DNA of 41,533 bases from Candidatus Bathyarchaeota archaeon RBG_13_60_20 (GCA_001775965.1 MEZG01000068.1:1-41533), one strand, 5' to 3'. Shown: positions 1 to 9,436, counted from the first letter of the stretch. A program made the numbers and translations. Notes: a model not told the origin generated them from the letters alone.

Positions 1-107
1 GTTAACATCGAGATATTGACGATGACACCGAAAATCATTGTTTACGGAGGATGATGGGTTAGCTCTATATATCACCGATCTATAATAGAAATCCAGTGTA
101 GAGACCC

Positions 108-353
108 ATGTCCACATTCTCAGAGGCTCTTCAGGAAAAGTTCGGGACAAAGGACTGCCCCTTCCTACACGACTGCGATGTACCCATAACCAAGGACTTC
201 TTCAGCAGGGTCTGCAAGGTCCCAGGGTACGTGAACTGCCACCACTTCGCCAAGAGGGTAGGCGAACTCAAGACGCCTCTGAGCTGGCTCCAGAAGATGG
301 CCGTGGACCAGGCCAAGATGATGACGGCGGACGTAGAGGCCACACAGACTTAA
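108..353 (+). CDS. Small hypothetical protein, 81 aa, with four Cys (C17-x5-C23-x12-C36-x7-C44-HH)
   Basis: ATG start; GC3-rich codon usage like its neighbours; TATA-like CTATATAT/CTATAAT upstream; no family recognised. Confidence 0.7.
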   Translation: MSTFSEALQEKFGTKDCPFLHDCDVPITKDFFSRVCKVPGYVNCHHFAKRVGELKTPLSWLQKMAVDQAKMMTADVEATQT

Positions 354-385
354 ATCAGCCCCAGGCTTCTCATCAACCGGTACCC

Positions 386-1075
386 TTGAGCGCCCCGCAG
401 CTGGACGAGGTTTTCCCCAACATCTTCAAGGTCAGGCAGGGCGGCGTCGAGTACCTCGCTACGAGGAACCTGACGCCTGGCCGGACCTTCTACGGTGAGC
501 CCACGTTCACAATCGACGGTCAGGAGTACCGGTCATGGAACCCCACCAGGAGCAAGCTCGCAGCCGCCATCATGAAGGGCGTGGCCCTGCAGCCGATAAA
601 GCCGGGCTCCAATGTGCTCTACCTGGGCGCCGCCTCCGGGACCACCGTGAGCCACGTCTCTGACATCGTGGGCGACAGTGGCCACGTCTGGGCCCTTGAC
701 TTCTCTGCCAGATCCCTGAGGGACCTGCTGGACAAGGTCTCCAGGTACAGGGTGAACGTCTCACCTATAATGGGGGACGCCAGGAGACCTGAGGAGTACG
801 CGGTGTTGGTGTCGAGGGTCGACGTGGTCTTCGCCGACGTCGCCCAGCCCAACCAGGCCGAGATCATGGTGAAGAACGCAAGCCTGTTCCTGAAGCGGGG
901 TGGCCACGCGATGCTGAGCATCAAGTCCAGGAGCATAGACGTGGTCGGGAGACCCTCTGAGATCTATAGGTCCCAGGTGGAGGTCCTGGAGGGCGCCGGC
1001 CTCAGGGTGAGCCAATTAATAAGCCTGGAACCCTACGAGAAGGACCACGCTATGGCGATAGCCGAGCTTGCCTGA
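386..1075 (+). CDS. flpA: Fibrillarin-like rRNA/tRNA 2'-O-methyltransferase
   Basis: EYRSWNPTRSKLAAAI, VLYLGAASGTTVSHVSDIVG, DVAQPNQAEI and LEPYEKDH motifs; TTG start. Confidence 0.97.
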   Translation: MSAPQLDEVFPNIFKVRQGGVEYLATRNLTPGRTFYGEPTFTIDGQEYRSWNPTRSKLAAAIMKGVALQPIKPGSNVLYLGAASGTTVSHVSDIVGDSGHVWALDFSARSLRDLLDKVSRYRVNVSPIMGDARRPEEYAVLVSRVDVVFADVAQPNQAEIMVKNASLFLKRGGHAMLSIKSRSIDVVGRPSEIYRSQVEVLEGAGLRVSQLISLEPYEKDHAMAIAELA

Positions 1076-1709
1076 GGGGGGCCAGGTACTTCTTCACGGG
1101 GGCCCACGACGCCCTCATGAAGGGCGGGCTCTCCCGGTTATCCCTGAACCAAGCCTCTATGAACTGTATGGTCCTGTGGTCGCCGCAGTAGCCTGACCCG
1201 AAGTCGCCGTGGGCCTCCCTCAGCTCGGCCACCACCTTGTCCCTCCTGACCTTGGCGAGTATGGAAGCCGCCGCGGTGGCAGGGTACAGGTTGTCGGCCT
1301 TCGGGACGCAGGTTATGTCCACGTTGAACGGGATCACTGACTGTATCTGCCTCCCGCACCGCATGTGGTCCACGTCGCAGGTGTCCACGTAGGCCGAGTC
1401 AGGTCTGAGCTCCCTCACTACTCTGGCCATCACCATGGTCTCGAGGTAGTTGAGGCGCCTGAGAGGCACGCTCCTGTTGACGACCTTGTCTATGGTCGCC
1501 GGTGGCAACTCCACTATCCTGTGGTCGAGGGCCATATCAATTATGGTCTCGTACAGGCGCCGCCTCATCCTGGGCGTGAGCTTCTTGGAGTCCTTCACGC
1601 CGGCCTCGATGAGCTTGGGGATGTCGCTTTGTTGGAAGAGGGCGCCGGCTATGACCAGGGGCCCGATGGCGCATCCTCTGCCCGCCTCGTCCACGCCTGC
1701 GACTCTCAC
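1050..1709 (-). CDS. rnhB: Ribonuclease HII
   Basis: AGVDEAGRG, GVKDSKKL, KAD...AAASILAKVRRD and GDFGSGY motifs. Confidence 0.97.
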   Translation of the reverse strand: MRVAGVDEAGRGCAIGPLVIAGALFQQSDIPKLIEAGVKDSKKLTPRMRRRLYETIIDMALDHRIVELPPATIDKVVNRSVPLRRLNYLETMVMARVVRELRPDSAYVDTCDVDHMRCGRQIQSVIPFNVDITCVPKADNLYPATAAASILAKVRRDKVVAELREAHGDFGSGYCGDHRTIQFIEAWFRDNRESPPFMRASWAPVKKYLAPLRQARLSP

Positions 1710-1745
1710 GTCTGGGCTAATGGCGGACCAGCGTAATAAGACTGG

Positions 1746-2855
1746 CTACCCTGCGGCCTCCTCGTAGGCTCTCAGGTACTGCCTGTAGTTCTTATCCACG
1801 TTGAACCTAGCGACGACGGTTTCACGTGCTTTGACGCCGAGGCTGGGTGAGCCCATCGCGTCCTCGAGGCACCGGGATAAGCATTTGATGTCCCCCGGCC
1901 TGAATAGACGCCCGTCTACGCCGTCAACCACCAGCTCCCTGCTGCTGCGGGTGTCCGCCGCCACGGTCGCGCATCCTGAGGCCATGGCCTCCTGCATTGA
2001 CACGCTGAGTCCCTCGCAGGTTGACGCCGTGGCGTGCACGTCACAAAGCCTGTGGAACTTGGGCGCGTCGTGGACTCTCCCCAGGAAACTGGTGCCTTGG
2101 AGCCCCAGCTTTGATGCGTAGTCCTTCAGGCGGGGTAGGTGTGAGCCATCTCCCCCGATTAGCAGCCGGGCGTCCACGCGTCTCTGTAGCATACGCATGG
2201 CGAGGAGTATCTCCTCGACGCGTTTGTCGGGCACCATCCGGCTGAGGACGCCCACTGTGGGTGGGGTTCTCCGCTTTCTCGGGGGCCTGAACCTCTCCGT
2301 GTCTACGCCGATGTAGATGGTCTCGGTCCTTTCCGGCTGGGCCCCGAGTCGCAGCGCCTGTTGCCGGACGGTCTCCGAGACCGCGACGACGCGGTCGGCT
2401 TTACGGAGGGCGTGCCTGACGGCTGGGGCGAGGCACCCGTTCCTCGATGGCTGGGCACAGTCGCTGCCGTGGCACGTGACCAGTTGCGGCGTACCCCTTG
2501 GGTTGTGCGCGGCAAGGACCCCCATGGGGATGGCCAGGTGGGTGTGCACCAGATGGTAGCTGTCCATCAGGGAGTGCAGGTACGCTGACGCCAGGTACGC
2601 TGGCAGCTGGACTAAGTGCCCCGGGGGGGCGTCCACCATGGTTCTCTCGGCCACGAGTTCGCAGCTACTCCACGGCAGGTAGGGGAACCTGCGAACAGGG
2701 TACGGCTCGGGAAACGGCCTCATCGTCCTGCTCCTGGGCGCGAGCACGGTCAGGTCCACATGCCTGGCGAGGCGGCTGCAGAGGGTCTGGATGAACGAGC
2801 CGTGGTAGTCCCCTGGGTACCTGGGGTAGCTGGGAGTGAAGACAAGGACTCTCAA
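1746..2855 (-). CDS. Glycosyltransferase family 4 (GT-B fold)
   Basis: Likely TTG start at 2855 (LRVLVFTPSYPR); TCHGSD, IYIGVDTERF and EGLSVSMQEAMASG motifs; the track's extension to 3065 overlaps the divergent gene. Confidence 0.88.
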   Translation of the reverse strand: MRVLVFTPSYPRYPGDYHGSFIQTLCSRLARHVDLTVLAPRSRTMRPFPEPYPVRRFPYLPWSSCELVAERTMVDAPPGHLVQLPAYLASAYLHSLMDSYHLVHTHLAIPMGVLAAHNPRGTPQLVTCHGSDCAQPSRNGCLAPAVRHALRKADRVVAVSETVRQQALRLGAQPERTETIYIGVDTERFRPPRKRRTPPTVGVLSRMVPDKRVEEILLAMRMLQRRVDARLLIGGDGSHLPRLKDYASKLGLQGTSFLGRVHDAPKFHRLCDVHATASTCEGLSVSMQEAMASGCATVAADTRSSRELVVDGVDGRLFRPGDIKCLSRCLEDAMGSPSLGVKARETVVARFNVDKNYRQYLRAYEEAAG

Positions 2856-2889
2856 ACATTTTATTTTAGTTGAAGTTGAATTTATCTCT

Positions 2890-3984
2890 ATGTCCCTTCG
2901 GGTCTGCCTCATCTCCCTAGAGATTTTCGCGTGGGGCCTGTACGGGGGGGTAGGAAAAGCGACGAGGGATATAGCTACAGGGTTGTCCCGGAGGGGTGTC
3001 GAGGTGGACGTGGTCACGCCTAAAGCTGGAGAGCAGGGCACCTTGGATGAGCTCGACGGGTTCACCGTCCACGGTCACAGCCTGTACGGGTACCCATTCA
3101 CAGGTCCTCTTTTCAGGAGGATAGGCGCGGACATCTACCACTCCCAGGAGCCTGGGTTAGGGACCTTGGTGGCCATAGGGGCGGTCCCCTCAGCCGCTCA
3201 TATGGTGACCTGCCATAACCCTCGTGGGAGGGACGACTGGGAGAGGGCCGGCCGCTTCTACGGTTACAGGAGGAAGTTATACAATAGCTACATGGAGCCC
3301 CATGTGAAGGAAGCTGTGAGGGGCGCGGACGCGGTTTTCTGCCAGTCGAGGCATATCCAGCAGAAGGCGAGGCTCCTATACGGCCTAGGCTCCGATCCGG
3401 GCTTCCTACCCAACCCCGTCGCTGTGCCGGAGGGTAGGCCAGTGAAGTCGAGCGAGCCCACGGTGTGCTTCCTGGGGAGGCTTGACCCTGAGAAGAACCC
3501 TGAGAGGCTTGTAGGTCTAGCTAGGAGTAATCCTGATGTGAGGTTCATCGTCGCTGGGAGGGCCCATAACGATGAAAGGGATGGGAAGGTTAGGGAGCTG
3601 CTCGGGGGCTGCAGAAACGTGGAGCTAATAGGCTTCGTAGATGGCCCCGAGAAGGAGAGGCTGCTGGACGAGTCGTGGGTGCTCGTGAACACGAGCCATG
3701 CGGAGTGCCTCCCCGTCTCTTTCCTGGAGGCCGCTGCCCACAGGTGTGCCGTCCTCAGCCGCCACGACCCCGACGGTTTCTCCTCTCGGTTCGGCTGCCG
3801 CGTGGACGGTGACGGCTACGAGGCGGGGCTCGCGTGGCTGCTGGACGGTGACCGGTGGAGGGAGAAGGGCGAGGCCGGACACAGGTACGTCTCGGAGGTA
3901 CACGAGGAGGGCCGGGTGATCGACCTCCACATGGAGACCTATGAGAATGTGCTGGCTGGGAAGGGGCTTACTCCTCGTCCATAG
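2890..3984 (+). CDS. Glycosyltransferase family 4 (GT-B fold)
   Basis: ATG 2890 (MSLRVCLISLE...YGGVG); FLGRLDPEKNP and ECLPVSFLEAAA motifs. Confidence 0.88.
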   Translation: MSLRVCLISLEIFAWGLYGGVGKATRDIATGLSRRGVEVDVVTPKAGEQGTLDELDGFTVHGHSLYGYPFTGPLFRRIGADIYHSQEPGLGTLVAIGAVPSAAHMVTCHNPRGRDDWERAGRFYGYRRKLYNSYMEPHVKEAVRGADAVFCQSRHIQQKARLLYGLGSDPGFLPNPVAVPEGRPVKSSEPTVCFLGRLDPEKNPERLVGLARSNPDVRFIVAGRAHNDERDGKVRELLGGCRNVELIGFVDGPEKERLLDESWVLVNTSHAECLPVSFLEAAAHRCAVLSRHDPDGFSSRFGCRVDGDGYEAGLAWLLDGDRWREKGEAGHRYVSEVHEEGRVIDLHMETYENVLAGKGLTPRP

Positions 3985-5470
3985 ACTTTAGCTCCGTGAT
4001 GCCTAGCATCTCAAAGTCCAGGGGGAAGATAGGCCGCCTGATGCGCTTGAACCCGAAGCCCGCTAGCCGTGGGCTGGTAAGGCCGGGTGTGTCCAACTCT
4101 ATGATCTCCTTAGCTATGGGCTCGTGGGCCGCCCTGAAGTGGACGCTGCTCTTCACGACTATGAACCTCTTGTCCGTGGGCTCGATGCCGAGGCTCCTGT
4201 AGAGGTTGAGGTCCAGGGGCTGCAGCCGCTTGGTGGTCACTATGACATCGTTTCCGGCGATGTCCAGCACCGCCGTGGCGCCCATATCGGACTCAGAGCC
4301 GGTGCCCATGGGGCCCTTGACGATATACTTGCCCTCTGAGATGGTCTTTACCCTGCCCTTGAGGTCGAGTGGCTTCCCATGGAGGTCGTCGGTGTGACCA
4401 CCAAGGCTCACTTTCACCTCGTTTCCCACGCCGGTCTTTGAAGCCCTAACCACTGCGGCTGGGTCCCATATGAGGGCCACGACGCCGCCCGTCAGCCCCT
4501 CCTCCAGGATGGCCTTCAGCACGATGGTGCCGTCCTCGGGGGTGCCCCCACCCGGGTTGTCGCCTATATCGGCCATCACGATGGGGCCTTCGCATGCCGC
4601 CTTCACGTGGCGGAGCGCCTCCCTTAGAGGTGTGGGCTTCACCAGGAAGTCCCTTCGCAGGCTCCAAGCTAGGTCGCTTAGCCCCTGGGCCAACCTGTCG
4701 GCCAAGGGTTTGTCGTCGTTGGTGTGGACTATGAAGCTCATCCCGGCCTCGGGTATGTCGCTCCACGGAAACCCGGCCGCCACCGTTATAGCCTCGACGC
4801 CGGGCAGAGCCTCCATAATATGGGCCTCCTCTATGAGCCTCTTCATGGGGTACCTGCCCGTGAACTGGACCTGGAGGGCTGGCAGCATGGACGGCTGGGT
4901 GAAGCCTGTGGCAGGCTTGAGCCTCCCCTCAAGAATCTTCCTCGTCAGGTTCACAGCCTCGACGCCCCTGTCGTACCCGTCCACGTGCGGGTAAGTATCG
5001 TAGCCTATGAGAAGGTCGGCGTTCTCCACCATCTCCCGCGTGTAGTTGGCGTGGAGGTCGAAGGTGGCCACTAGGGGCCGCTCGCCCATGAGCTTCCTGG
5101 CCTCCTTCAGTATCTTGCCCTCTATGTCCGGGTACTCCTCGCTCACACCGGCACCGTGCAGGTGAAGCACGGCAGCGTCCACCTTCGCCGCCTTCCTCAT
5201 GCCGCTCAGAAGGTCTCCGAGAAGCTCATTGAACGCCTCCTTGGTTATCGTGCCGGAGGGCGTTGCAGACGCGTGTACGGTGGGTATGACCTCGAAGCCG
5301 TTCTGCCTGCACCCCTCGATGATGCCCCCGGCCTCCGTCTTGGTGCCCTCGAAGTGCTGGAAAACCTCGTCGCCGTGGAACAGGTGGCGCTTCCTGAACT
5401 CCTCGATGTCGGTGCTTATATTGGAGAGCACGTTGGTCTCGTGGGATATGGTCCCTGTAACGATCCTCAT
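3968..5470 (-). CDS. M81 family metallopeptidase (MlrC-like)
   Basis: ISHETN, LHLHGA, DLHAN, TYPHVD, DIGDNPGGG and VVKSSVHFRA motifs typical of MlrC/M81. Confidence 0.92.
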   Translation of the reverse strand: MRIVTGTISHETNVLSNISTDIEEFRKRHLFHGDEVFQHFEGTKTEAGGIIEGCRQNGFEVIPTVHASATPSGTITKEAFNELLGDLLSGMRKAAKVDAAVLHLHGAGVSEEYPDIEGKILKEARKLMGERPLVATFDLHANYTREMVENADLLIGYDTYPHVDGYDRGVEAVNLTRKILEGRLKPATGFTQPSMLPALQVQFTGRYPMKRLIEEAHIMEALPGVEAITVAAGFPWSDIPEAGMSFIVHTNDDKPLADRLAQGLSDLAWSLRRDFLVKPTPLREALRHVKAACEGPIVMADIGDNPGGGTPEDGTIVLKAILEEGLTGGVVALIWDPAAVVRASKTGVGNEVKVSLGGHTDDLHGKPLDLKGRVKTISEGKYIVKGPMGTGSESDMGATAVLDIAGNDVIVTTKRLQPLDLNLYRSLGIEPTDKRFIVVKSSVHFRAAHEPIAKEIIELDTPGLTSPRLAGFGFKRIRRPIFPLDFEMLGITELKSMDEE

Positions 5471-5500
5471 GGGTGAGGATCGCCGCAGCCGGGAATAACG

Positions 5501-6058
5501 TTAACGGTTGTAGAAGAACCGGCCCAGGTCCAGCTCCTTCTCGGGCATACCTTCAACCCTAGGCAGGACGCCCTCCACGTTGAGGAGGAACCGCTTCATG
5601 TCCAAGCCTCCGCCGAAGCCCCCCAGCCCACCGTTGTTCCAGACCACCCTGTGGCAGGGAATGACTATGGATAGGGGGTTCTGGCCCACCGCGTTCCCCA
5701 CGGCGCGGGAGGCTTTAGGCCTCCCAATGGTCTTGGCGATGAGGCCGTAGGACGTCAGCTTCCCGTAAGGTATCTTGTATATCTCCTTCCAGACGCTCTT
5801 CTGGAATCCGGTCCCACGTAGGTCGAAGGGCTCGGCGTAAGTCGTCTTCTTACCTTCGAAATACCTGTCCAGCCAAGCGCTCAGGCCGTCCAGCTTGCCT
5901 GGCCTATACTCCGGCTCGGAGTCGATCTGTGTACCCAGCTCCTCCAGGAACCTTGCCTCGCTGCAGGGCAGGTTAAGCCTCAGAAGCCCCGTTCCGCTGG
6001 TGGCCGTCCACGCCTTGCCCATCGGCGTGTCTATATCGCAGTAGTATATCTTCTCCAT
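5501..6058 (-). CDS. ogt: Methylated-DNA--protein-cysteine S-methyltransferase
   Basis: GTGFQKSVW, IPYGKLTSYG, RAVGNAVGQNP and the active-site IPCHRV. Confidence 0.96.
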   Translation of the reverse strand: MEKIYYCDIDTPMGKAWTATSGTGLLRLNLPCSEARFLEELGTQIDSEPEYRPGKLDGLSAWLDRYFEGKKTTYAEPFDLRGTGFQKSVWKEIYKIPYGKLTSYGLIAKTIGRPKASRAVGNAVGQNPLSIVIPCHRVVWNNGGLGGFGGGLDMKRFLLNVEGVLPRVEGMPEKELDLGRFFYNR

Positions 6059-6094
6059 TAACCCACCACTGAGCCGGTAGCTGAGATATCAGAG

Positions 6095-6718
6095 TTGTCG
6101 CGTGAGTTAAAAATTGTTTTGGCGTCCTCATCGCCGCGTAGGATCGGGCTCCTCAGACAGATCGGCCTGGAGTTCACGGCCGTGGACCCTGGCGGGGACG
6201 AGTCAAGTGTCCATCCCGACCCTCGTAAGATGGTCATGGAGAATGCGTTGGCCAAGGCCCGCAATGTGGCCGCGAGTCACCGCGACGCCTTGGTCATCGG
6301 CGCTGACACGGTGGTATTCATCGACGGTGTGGTCCTGGGGAAGCCCGGCTCAAAGGAGGAGGCGGTTGAGATGCTGAGGCGCCTTTCGGGCAATGTGCAC
6401 AAGGTCTTCACGGGGTTGGCCGTGATCCATCCCTCAAAGGGCTCAGTTGTTAGGTACGAGGAGTCGCTGGTCCACATCAGGACGCTTTCGGAGGCTGAGA
6501 TCAGCCGCTACGTTGAGGGGGGCGAGCCCCTGGACAAGGCGGGTGCCTACGCCATTCAGGGGCAGGGGGCCGTCTTCGTGGACCGGGTGGTGGGGTGCTT
6601 CCACAACGTGATAGGTTTGCCGCTCTCCCTGCTGTGGAGCATGCTTATGGAGGTCGGCGTGGATCTCCTCGGGGATCCAATAAATAATAGACAATCAAAT
6701 CTAAATAGTCATATATAG
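6095..6718 (+). CDS. maf: Maf family nucleoside triphosphate pyrophosphatase (YhdE-like)
   Basis: VLASSSPRR, IGADTVV, LGKP, DKAGAYAIQG and NVIGLPL motifs. Confidence 0.95.
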   Translation: MSRELKIVLASSSPRRIGLLRQIGLEFTAVDPGGDESSVHPDPRKMVMENALAKARNVAASHRDALVIGADTVVFIDGVVLGKPGSKEEAVEMLRRLSGNVHKVFTGLAVIHPSKGSVVRYEESLVHIRTLSEAEISRYVEGGEPLDKAGAYAIQGQGAVFVDRVVGCFHNVIGLPLSLLWSMLMEVGVDLLGDPINNRQSNLNSHI

Positions 6719-6777
6719 TCTATATAACTTCTATAAATAATACTTTAATCTATAAAGGATAGGTACCTAGATAGAAG

Positions 6778-7857
6778 TTGGCCGAGAAATACAGGAACGC
6801 CATTGGGTCAATGATCTCAATATACTTCTTCATCTCAGCCATCATCCTGATCAAGTCATCAGCTAAGATAATGGGAGTAGCCCTGGCCGAGACGATAGTA
6901 CTCCTCATCAGAGACACCACAAGCGCTGTCTTCTCGGGTTGGATAATCACGGCCATGCTCCACAGCTCGGGAGCCTTCGACAGCATCGTCGTGGCCTTCA
7001 CGTCCAGCGGCGTGATGCCCCTGAACCTCGCCGTGGCGGCAATCATAGGAGCCGAGGTGGGCACCACGGTGACCCCTTTCCTGATCTCGGTTATTGAGCG
7101 AATGAAGGGTAACAGGGACAGCGAGGCCGGGTTCAACGTGGCCATTACTCACGTCCTCTACAACCTCATCACCCTCGCTATATTCTACCCTCTTGAGCTC
7201 TTCTTTGGGTTGTTCACCAACGTAGCCATGCAGGGCAGTAACATCTTCGTTAAGGCGCCCTGGCTCAGCGCAGTCCCCGACATCCTTGAAGTAATTACCC
7301 CTTGGGTTGGCCCTCTCCTTGAGCATATTCCGCCGTGGGCGGGTATTGTCCTGGGGGCCATAATACTTATCGTGGCCCTTGGCGCCGTGGAGAAGTACAT
7401 GACGGCTATATTCAGCATGCCGCGCAGTTGGAACCTATTAAGGTCCACGTTCATGAGGCCTAGAAGGGCCTTCGTCGCCGGGTTCCTGTTCACCGTGCTG
7501 GTGCCGAGCACCACGGTCATGGTGTCCCTGCTGGTCCCCCTGGCCACGAGCGGCGTGATCAGGGCCGAGTACTACATCCTTCCCTACATCCTCGGGGCCA
7601 ACATTGGGACCGTGTTTGACGTGATGGTGGCGGCCCTGGCCACAGGTGACCCTATCAGCATGGGCGTCTGGCTTGTCCACCTCTCCATCAACGTGATCGG
7701 GGCGTTAATCTTTATGCCTTTGTTAAAACCCTTTGCTGCACTCACCCGGAAAGTTGCACATTTCGTCTCAGCCTCGCCGAGGGTGACGATAACACTAACC
7801 GTGTTATTCCACATTATACCTGCAGCGATTATCCTGTTCTACTATATCAGCATGTGA
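6778..7857 (+). CDS. Na+/phosphate cotransporter family membrane protein (NptA/SLC34-like)
   Basis: Multi-pass hydrophobic protein with two repeats (TAMLHSS...IIGAEVGTTVT and VLVPSTT...ILGANIGTVFD); lies upstream of DUF47. Confidence 0.8.
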   Translation: MAEKYRNAIGSMISIYFFISAIILIKSSAKIMGVALAETIVLLIRDTTSAVFSGWIITAMLHSSGAFDSIVVAFTSSGVMPLNLAVAAIIGAEVGTTVTPFLISVIERMKGNRDSEAGFNVAITHVLYNLITLAIFYPLELFFGLFTNVAMQGSNIFVKAPWLSAVPDILEVITPWVGPLLEHIPPWAGIVLGAIILIVALGAVEKYMTAIFSMPRSWNLLRSTFMRPRRAFVAGFLFTVLVPSTTVMVSLLVPLATSGVIRAEYYILPYILGANIGTVFDVMVAALATGDPISMGVWLVHLSINVIGALIFMPLLKPFAALTRKVAHFVSASPRVTITLTVLFHIIPAAIILFYYISM

Positions 7858-7909
7858 AGCATCAAGGAAAGTATATAGAATAGCAACACGGAGTAAAGGG
7901 GGTAGCAAA

Positions 7910-8581
7910 ATGTCGAAGAAACTGTTCGGCTGGTTCGCACCGAAACGGGGTGAGAATGTCCTCCAGATGGTGGAGAAGCACCTGGAGCTGACCCTTAGAG
8001 CCGTCGAGAGCCTGAACAGCATGATAGAGGCCGCCTCGCTATGCGAGGTGCAGAAGTGCAAGAAGGCGTACATGGACGTCAGCAGCCTGGAGATGCAAGC
8101 AGACGACCTGCGACGGAAGATGGTGGAGGAGCTCACAATGAGCGAGATGTTCCCGGAGGAGAGGGATGACCTCATGGAGCTCGTCAGGGCTGTGGACTGG
8201 ATCGCCGACTGGAGCAAGGAGGCGGCTCGGATACTCAACGTCGTACCCTTCGAGAAGGCGCCCGAGGAGATCAAGGAGGCGACCCTCAACATGGTTAGAG
8301 CCGACGTTAACTGCGTCAAGGTGCTGACCAACTGCGTCAAGGTGCTGCCCAAGAGCCCCAAGGATGCGCTGAGCCTGGCGAACCAGGTGGAGATGATGGA
8401 GGAGAACATCGACGACCTGTACAGCACAGTTAGGAAGCACTTTGCGGTGATGGAGTTTCCCGGCTTCACTGTGGGGGCCCTGATACTGCTGAACGAGTTC
8501 TTCGACGCCCTGGAGACCATCGCCGACTGGTGCGAGAACACGGCCGACATAGTGCGCGCTGTCGCCGTACGTGAGCACTAG
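7910..8581 (+). CDS. DUF47 / PhoU-like phosphate transport regulator
   Basis: Helical repeats LEMQADDLRR...ERDDLMELVRAVDWIAD and EENIDDLY...LETIADWCENTADIVR. Confidence 0.9.
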   Translation: MSKKLFGWFAPKRGENVLQMVEKHLELTLRAVESLNSMIEAASLCEVQKCKKAYMDVSSLEMQADDLRRKMVEELTMSEMFPEERDDLMELVRAVDWIADWSKEAARILNVVPFEKAPEEIKEATLNMVRADVNCVKVLTNCVKVLPKSPKDALSLANQVEMMEENIDDLYSTVRKHFAVMEFPGFTVGALILLNEFFDALETIADWCENTADIVRAVAVREH

Positions 8582-8615
8582 ATAAAAGGGGATAAGCCTC
8601 GATTTCTAGAGGGGA

Positions 8616-8798
8616 TTAACCCTCAACAGTGATAGCCTGGTTGGGGCAGGCGTTGATGCACGCCATGCACATGATGCAGTCGTCGGCGCGGACGGGGTCG
8701 GCCTGGCCGTTAACCAACTCGTAGACGTTCATGGGGCAGATGTCGACGCATACCCCGTCTCCATCACACTTTGTCTTGTCAATTGTGACTGTGGGCAT
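8616..8798 (-). CDS. Small dicluster-type ferredoxin (60 aa)
   Basis: ATG at 8798; motifs CDGDGVCVDICP and CIMCMACINACP. Confidence 0.92.
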   Translation of the reverse strand: MPTVTIDKTKCDGDGVCVDICPMNVYELVNGQADPVRADDCIMCMACINACPNQAITVEG

Positions 8799-8860
8799 TC
8801 TTACACCACTCCCCATTACGTCTCCTAGAGTTTTTTAAACCTTTGCCGGGCATGGCGGGG

Positions 8861-9436
8861 TTAACGGATCGAGTCCTCGGGCCCCGTACCCCGCTTGGCC
8901 AGAGCAAGTAAGCCCGGTATCTCCTCGGGGCTCTGGAGTGTCCGCACCCCCTCCATGGCCTCAAGCTTCCTGACGTTGTCTGCGTCCTCCTTCCTGACCC
9001 TGAGCTTCAATGCCCGCCCGTTGGGCAGGGTGGTCATGGTGGTGCCCTCATGGTAGTCCACAGGCATGACGTAGACGGGGACGAAGCCCTTCAGGGCCTG
9101 GATCGCTGCGTTCGTCACGAGGGTGTCCGAGATGCCGTGGGCGATCTTGGCCACTGTGTTGCTGGTGGCTGGGGCCACAAGGACCGCGTCGAACTCGCCC
9201 AGCTGGAGCCTGCCCGCGACGAAAGGCGTGTTGGCGTCCACCTCGACCCAGTGCCTGTCGAAGCTCACCTGAAGCATCTCAGAAACCTTGTAGTACTTGG
9301 CCACCTGGGCGCCGGCCTTCGACATGAAGACCTCTACCTCCAGGCTCTCGCCGTGTCTCTCCTTCAGGCCCCTCATGACCTCGATGGTCTCCTTGAGTTT
9401 GTCCCCGCAACCGGTCACGCACCAGGCCACCTTCAA
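8861..9436 (-). CDS. afpA: Archaeoflavoprotein AfpA (HFCD flavoprotein family)
   Basis: VAWCVTGCGDKL, DANTPFVAGRLQLG, APATSNTVAKIAHGISDTLVTNA and LRVRKED motifs. Confidence 0.88.
   Translation of the reverse strand: MKVAWCVTGCGDKLKETIEVMRGLKERHGESLEVEVFMSKAGAQVAKYYKVSEMLQVSFDRHWVEVDANTPFVAGRLQLGEFDAVLVAPATSNTVAKIAHGISDTLVTNAAIQALKGFVPVYVMPVDYHEGTTMTTLPNGRALKLRVRKEDADNVRKLEAMEGVRTLQSPEEIPGLLALAKRGTGPEDSIR

Noticed and set aside
1-107. Possible C/D box sRNA near fibrillarin (GATGA-like words)
   Set aside because: No complete RTGATGA box C and no CTGA box D in the segment; better explained as promoter or intergenic DNA
2856-3065. Apparent long overlap of the two divergent glycosyltransferases
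   Set aside because: GT-B N-terminal strands begin at 2855(-) and 2890(+); the extensions are antisense shadows
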